Below, one piece after another: positions 60,970 through 64,000 of a stretch of 64,000 nucleotides of DNA (its first letter is position 1; every line of letters begins with the position of its first letter). The notes beneath the pieces were generated by a model. The model was given only the letters and a program-made list of their open reading frames with translations, was not told the DNA's origin and did not search any database. The stretch comes from Ignavibacteriales bacterium (lineage in GTDB: Bacteria; Bacteroidota; Ignavibacteria; Ignavibacteriales; Melioribacteraceae): contig DAIEQA010000109.1 in assembly GCA_027348115.1 (NCBI GenBank), positions 3,104 to 67,103 on the forward strand, given 5' to 3'. The translations under genes and the position numbers were made by a program.

Positions 60970-61490
60970 AAGCGGTACATCGAGACGCCGCAAATAGTTT
61001 TGGCATCTACAATTTCTCCGGTGCGAATCTTTTCACTAATCTCCTCAATGGTGAATTCAAACATTTCCATTCCTTCTTCGCCTTCTTCGCGCGCATGGTT
61101 TCCGGCGGTTAATTCCTGTCCAAGATAGATGTGAAGTACTTCGTCGCAGAAACCGGGGGTTGTATAAATTTTACCGAGCTTGGAAATTTTTTTAGCGGAG
61201 TAGCCTGTCTCCTCCGTTAATTCCCTTGTTGCGCAAACCTGCGGGTCTTCGCCTTTTTCCAGTTTACCGGCGGGCAATTCAAAAATAATTTCGTTGTGAG
61301 GATAGCGGTATTGTTTTATCAAAACAATTTTGCCGTTACCTAATAGCGGAACAATAACTGCGCCTCCCGGATGAACGGCCACCTGCCGGGATGCTTTATT
61401 ACCGCTGCCGTTGTATTCTATTTCATCGACCTTTACGTCGAACACTTTGCCTTCAAAAACTATGTTGCTTTTTGTGACGTTAAAATTCAT
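60954..61490 (-). CDS. NUDIX hydrolase (ADP-ribose pyrophosphatase-like)
   Basis: Nudix box GKLEKGEDPQVCATRELTEETGY. Confidence 0.88.
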   Translation of the reverse strand: MNFNVTKSNIVFEGKVFDVKVDEIEYNGSGNKASRQVAVHPGGAVIVPLLGNGKIVLIKQYRYPHNEIIFELPAGKLEKGEDPQVCATRELTEETGYSAKKISKLGKIYTTPGFCDEVLHIYLGQELTAGNHAREEGEEGMEMFEFTIEEISEKIRTGEIVDAKTICGVSMYRLNAEL

Positions 61491-61628
61491 AAGTCTTCCC
61501 GATTCTTTTATCTAAGATATTAAAAACTGACGGCATTTGATTATTGCCGTTGAAAGAAAAATTTTGAACAGCTATGTTTCAACCGGCGTAATAATTCTTC
61601 ATGAAAAATAAAAAGAAAGGATATAGAT

Positions 61629-61922
61629 ATGCTTCTTATACGGGATGTTTTTAAAGCTAAACCCGGCAAAGCTAAAAATCTTGTTAGTACAATGAAGCAG
61701 GCAATTCCCTTTATGGAAGCCGAGGGATTTTCGAACATCAAAGTTATGACGGATGTTGTTTCAAATTATTGGACCGTTGTAGTTCAAACAGAGGTGGAAA
61801 GTCTCGCTCATTTCGAAGCGAAAGTTTCCGGCTTTAGTTCCAAACCTCAACTGGATGAGATAATGAAAGGGTATATAGACAACATAGAAGGAGGGCATAG
61901 AGAAATATTCAAAATAGAATAA
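61629..61922 (+). CDS. Hypothetical 97-aa protein (possibly a dimeric alpha+beta barrel fold)
   Basis: Clean ORF with an AAGGA RBS. No motif recognised. Confidence 0.45.
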   Translation: MLLIRDVFKAKPGKAKNLVSTMKQAIPFMEAEGFSNIKVMTDVVSNYWTVVVQTEVESLAHFEAKVSGFSSKPQLDEIMKGYIDNIEGGHREIFKIE

Positions 61923-61954
61923 AAATGTTTGTAGTTTTTAATACGGAGAAATAA

Positions 61955-61977
61955 AAGGGACTCTGAGAGAGTCCCTT
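61955..61977. terminator. Bidirectional terminator hairpin
   Basis: AAGGGACTC-TGAGA-GAGTCCCTT between convergent genes. Confidence 0.7.
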
Positions 61978-61991
61978 GTTGTTATGTTGAA

Positions 61992-62444
61992 TTATTCCAA
62001 GTCTTTCTTCATGCAGATACTGTGCGGCATGTTTGCATATTGACCGAAGTTTGGAATTCTTGAATACCCGCTCTTCTCGTAGAGACCAAGGGCTTCATGT
62101 TGATAAACTCCGGTTTCTAAAATTGCGCTTGCATAACCCAACTGTTTTGCCCATGCTTCTAGTTCGCTAAGTACAAGTTTGGAAATTCCTCTGCCGCGGA
62201 ATTCACTCTTAACAAACATTCTCTTTATCTCGATGGTTTTATCGTCGTATTTTTTGAAGCATCCGCAGCCCGCCGCCGAATCATCGTCATGCGCTACAAC
62301 AACGGTATCAATATAATCGATTACATTGTATTGATCATATACTTCCTGATCTTTGCCGTAACGGCCGTTTAAATCTTTATCCAATTCAACAATCAGTTTT
62401 CTGAAGTCCGCATTATCACTGGTTGTCCTTTTCACCAGTATCAT
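61992..62444 (-). CDS. GNAT family N-acetyltransferase
   Basis: Acetyl-CoA motif A context RGRGISKLVLSELEAWAKQLGY. Confidence 0.85.
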   Translation of the reverse strand: MILVKRTTSDNADFRKLIVELDKDLNGRYGKDQEVYDQYNVIDYIDTVVVAHDDDSAAGCGCFKKYDDKTIEIKRMFVKSEFRGRGISKLVLSELEAWAKQLGYASAILETGVYQHEALGLYEKSGYSRIPNFGQYANMPHSICMKKDLE

Positions 62445-62476
62445 ATCATCTCTCTATTAAAATTATTTTAAGATAT

Positions 62477-63463
<987 letters not shown>

Positions 63464-63528
63464 AACTAATCCTCCAAAGTTTTATTTCAGCGGATTTATA
63501 CCGCCTGTTAAAATTATATTATCAAATT

Positions 63529-63545
63529 TGTACAAGCGTTGTACA
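63529..63545. promoter_or_regulatory. Perfect inverted repeat TGTACAA-GCG-TTGTACA upstream of the aldo/keto reductase gene (candidate operator)
   Basis: 17-bp dyad, 66-82 bp upstream of the ATG at 63463. Confidence 0.4.
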
Positions 63546-63689
63546 TCTAAACAGCTGTTTTGTTTTCGCGGTTCTATTCATTTTGGAAATTATTTCCTTT
63601 GCGAACTTTGCGTTTAATAAAGATCCCTTTTTTAAGCTGAGACGGCAAAGTGTAGCGCAGATAGCGCGGAGAAAAACAGTATATTTGAT

Positions 63690-64000
63690 TTATATATTTA
63701 TTGATGTTGCCGTTTTTCCTTCCTCCGTCAAGGTATAATATCCTTTCTTTTTGCAGCCGTGGAATTCGATCCAGCCGAGCTTTTTTAAAACGATAGTATC
63801 CCGTGTTATTGTAGCTCTTGATGTACTTGTCAACTTTACCATTTGAGCAACGCTTAATTGTGTTGATTCTTTCAATCCGTTAATTATAACCGCTATACGT
63901 TCCGGCACCTTAGTTTGCGGAAATTTTAGGTTTAGCTGCTCTTTAGATAAATTAATGATTAGTTCCTTTAATTCGTTCCGGCCGTTTTTAGCTTCATTTT
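63690..64000 (-). CDS. C-terminal winged-helix DNA-binding domain of a larger protein (5' partial; gene continues beyond the window)
   Basis: The frame of ORF 63690..63908 stays open to nt 64000. LSVAQMVKLTSTSRATITRDTIVLKKLGWIEFHG is a typical wHTH. Confidence 0.55.
   Translation of the reverse strand, partial: NEAKNGRNELKELIINLSKEQLNLKFPQTKVPERIAVIINGLKESTQLSVAQMVKLTSTSRATITRDTIVLKKLGWIEFHGCKKKGYYTLTEEGKTATSINI

Overview
This is a 64-kb chromosomal window from an AT-rich bacterium of the Fibrobacteres-Chlorobi-Bacteroidetes (FCB) group. I infer it is probably Ignavibacteria/Melioribacter-like, from type IX secretion system (T9SS) C-terminal sorting domains, a fused CcoN-CcoO cbb3 oxidase, S46 dipeptidyl-peptidases and strong Shine-Dalgarno sites. 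All coordinates of small elements were counted by hand, and no searches were run.

Gene content is mostly housekeeping:
- Biosynthesis and central metabolism: aroK-aroB, aconitase, gmhA, phosphomannomutase, cobO, tsaC, queC and queF, glnD, murI.
- Information processing: tex.
- Respiration: a complete cbb3 oxidase maturation cluster (ccoI-ccoS-ccoNO-ccoQ-ccoP-ccoG-fixH).
- Peptide use: an S8 peptidase, an OPT transporter and PepF in a row, plus two tandem S46 dipeptidyl-peptidases.

Accessory content:
- A REP-associated tyrosine transposase (RAYT) flanked by REP hairpins.
- A hicB-hicA pair.
- A roughly 2.7-kb type II restriction-modification (R-M) cassette wedged between queC and queF.

I recognised no rRNA, tRNA or CRISPR array.

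Items most worth a second look:
1. A non-coding array of about 18-20 tandem ~21-bp units at 35.5-35.9 kb. Each unit is built around an 11-bp palindromic box, TTCTAnTAGAA. A looser look-alike array sits at 7.15-7.5 kb. I cannot assign either to a known element class.
2. An aconitase with a ~95-aa histone-H1-like Lys/Ala tail.
3. The R-M methyltransferase, which is broken by a frameshift inside A9/A8 tracts while its nuclease is intact.
4. A tryptophanase/tyrosine phenol-lyase gene interrupted by a single in-frame TAA at a conserved Glu codon.
5. A strong palindrome embedded in frame in two neighbouring T9SS sorting domains.
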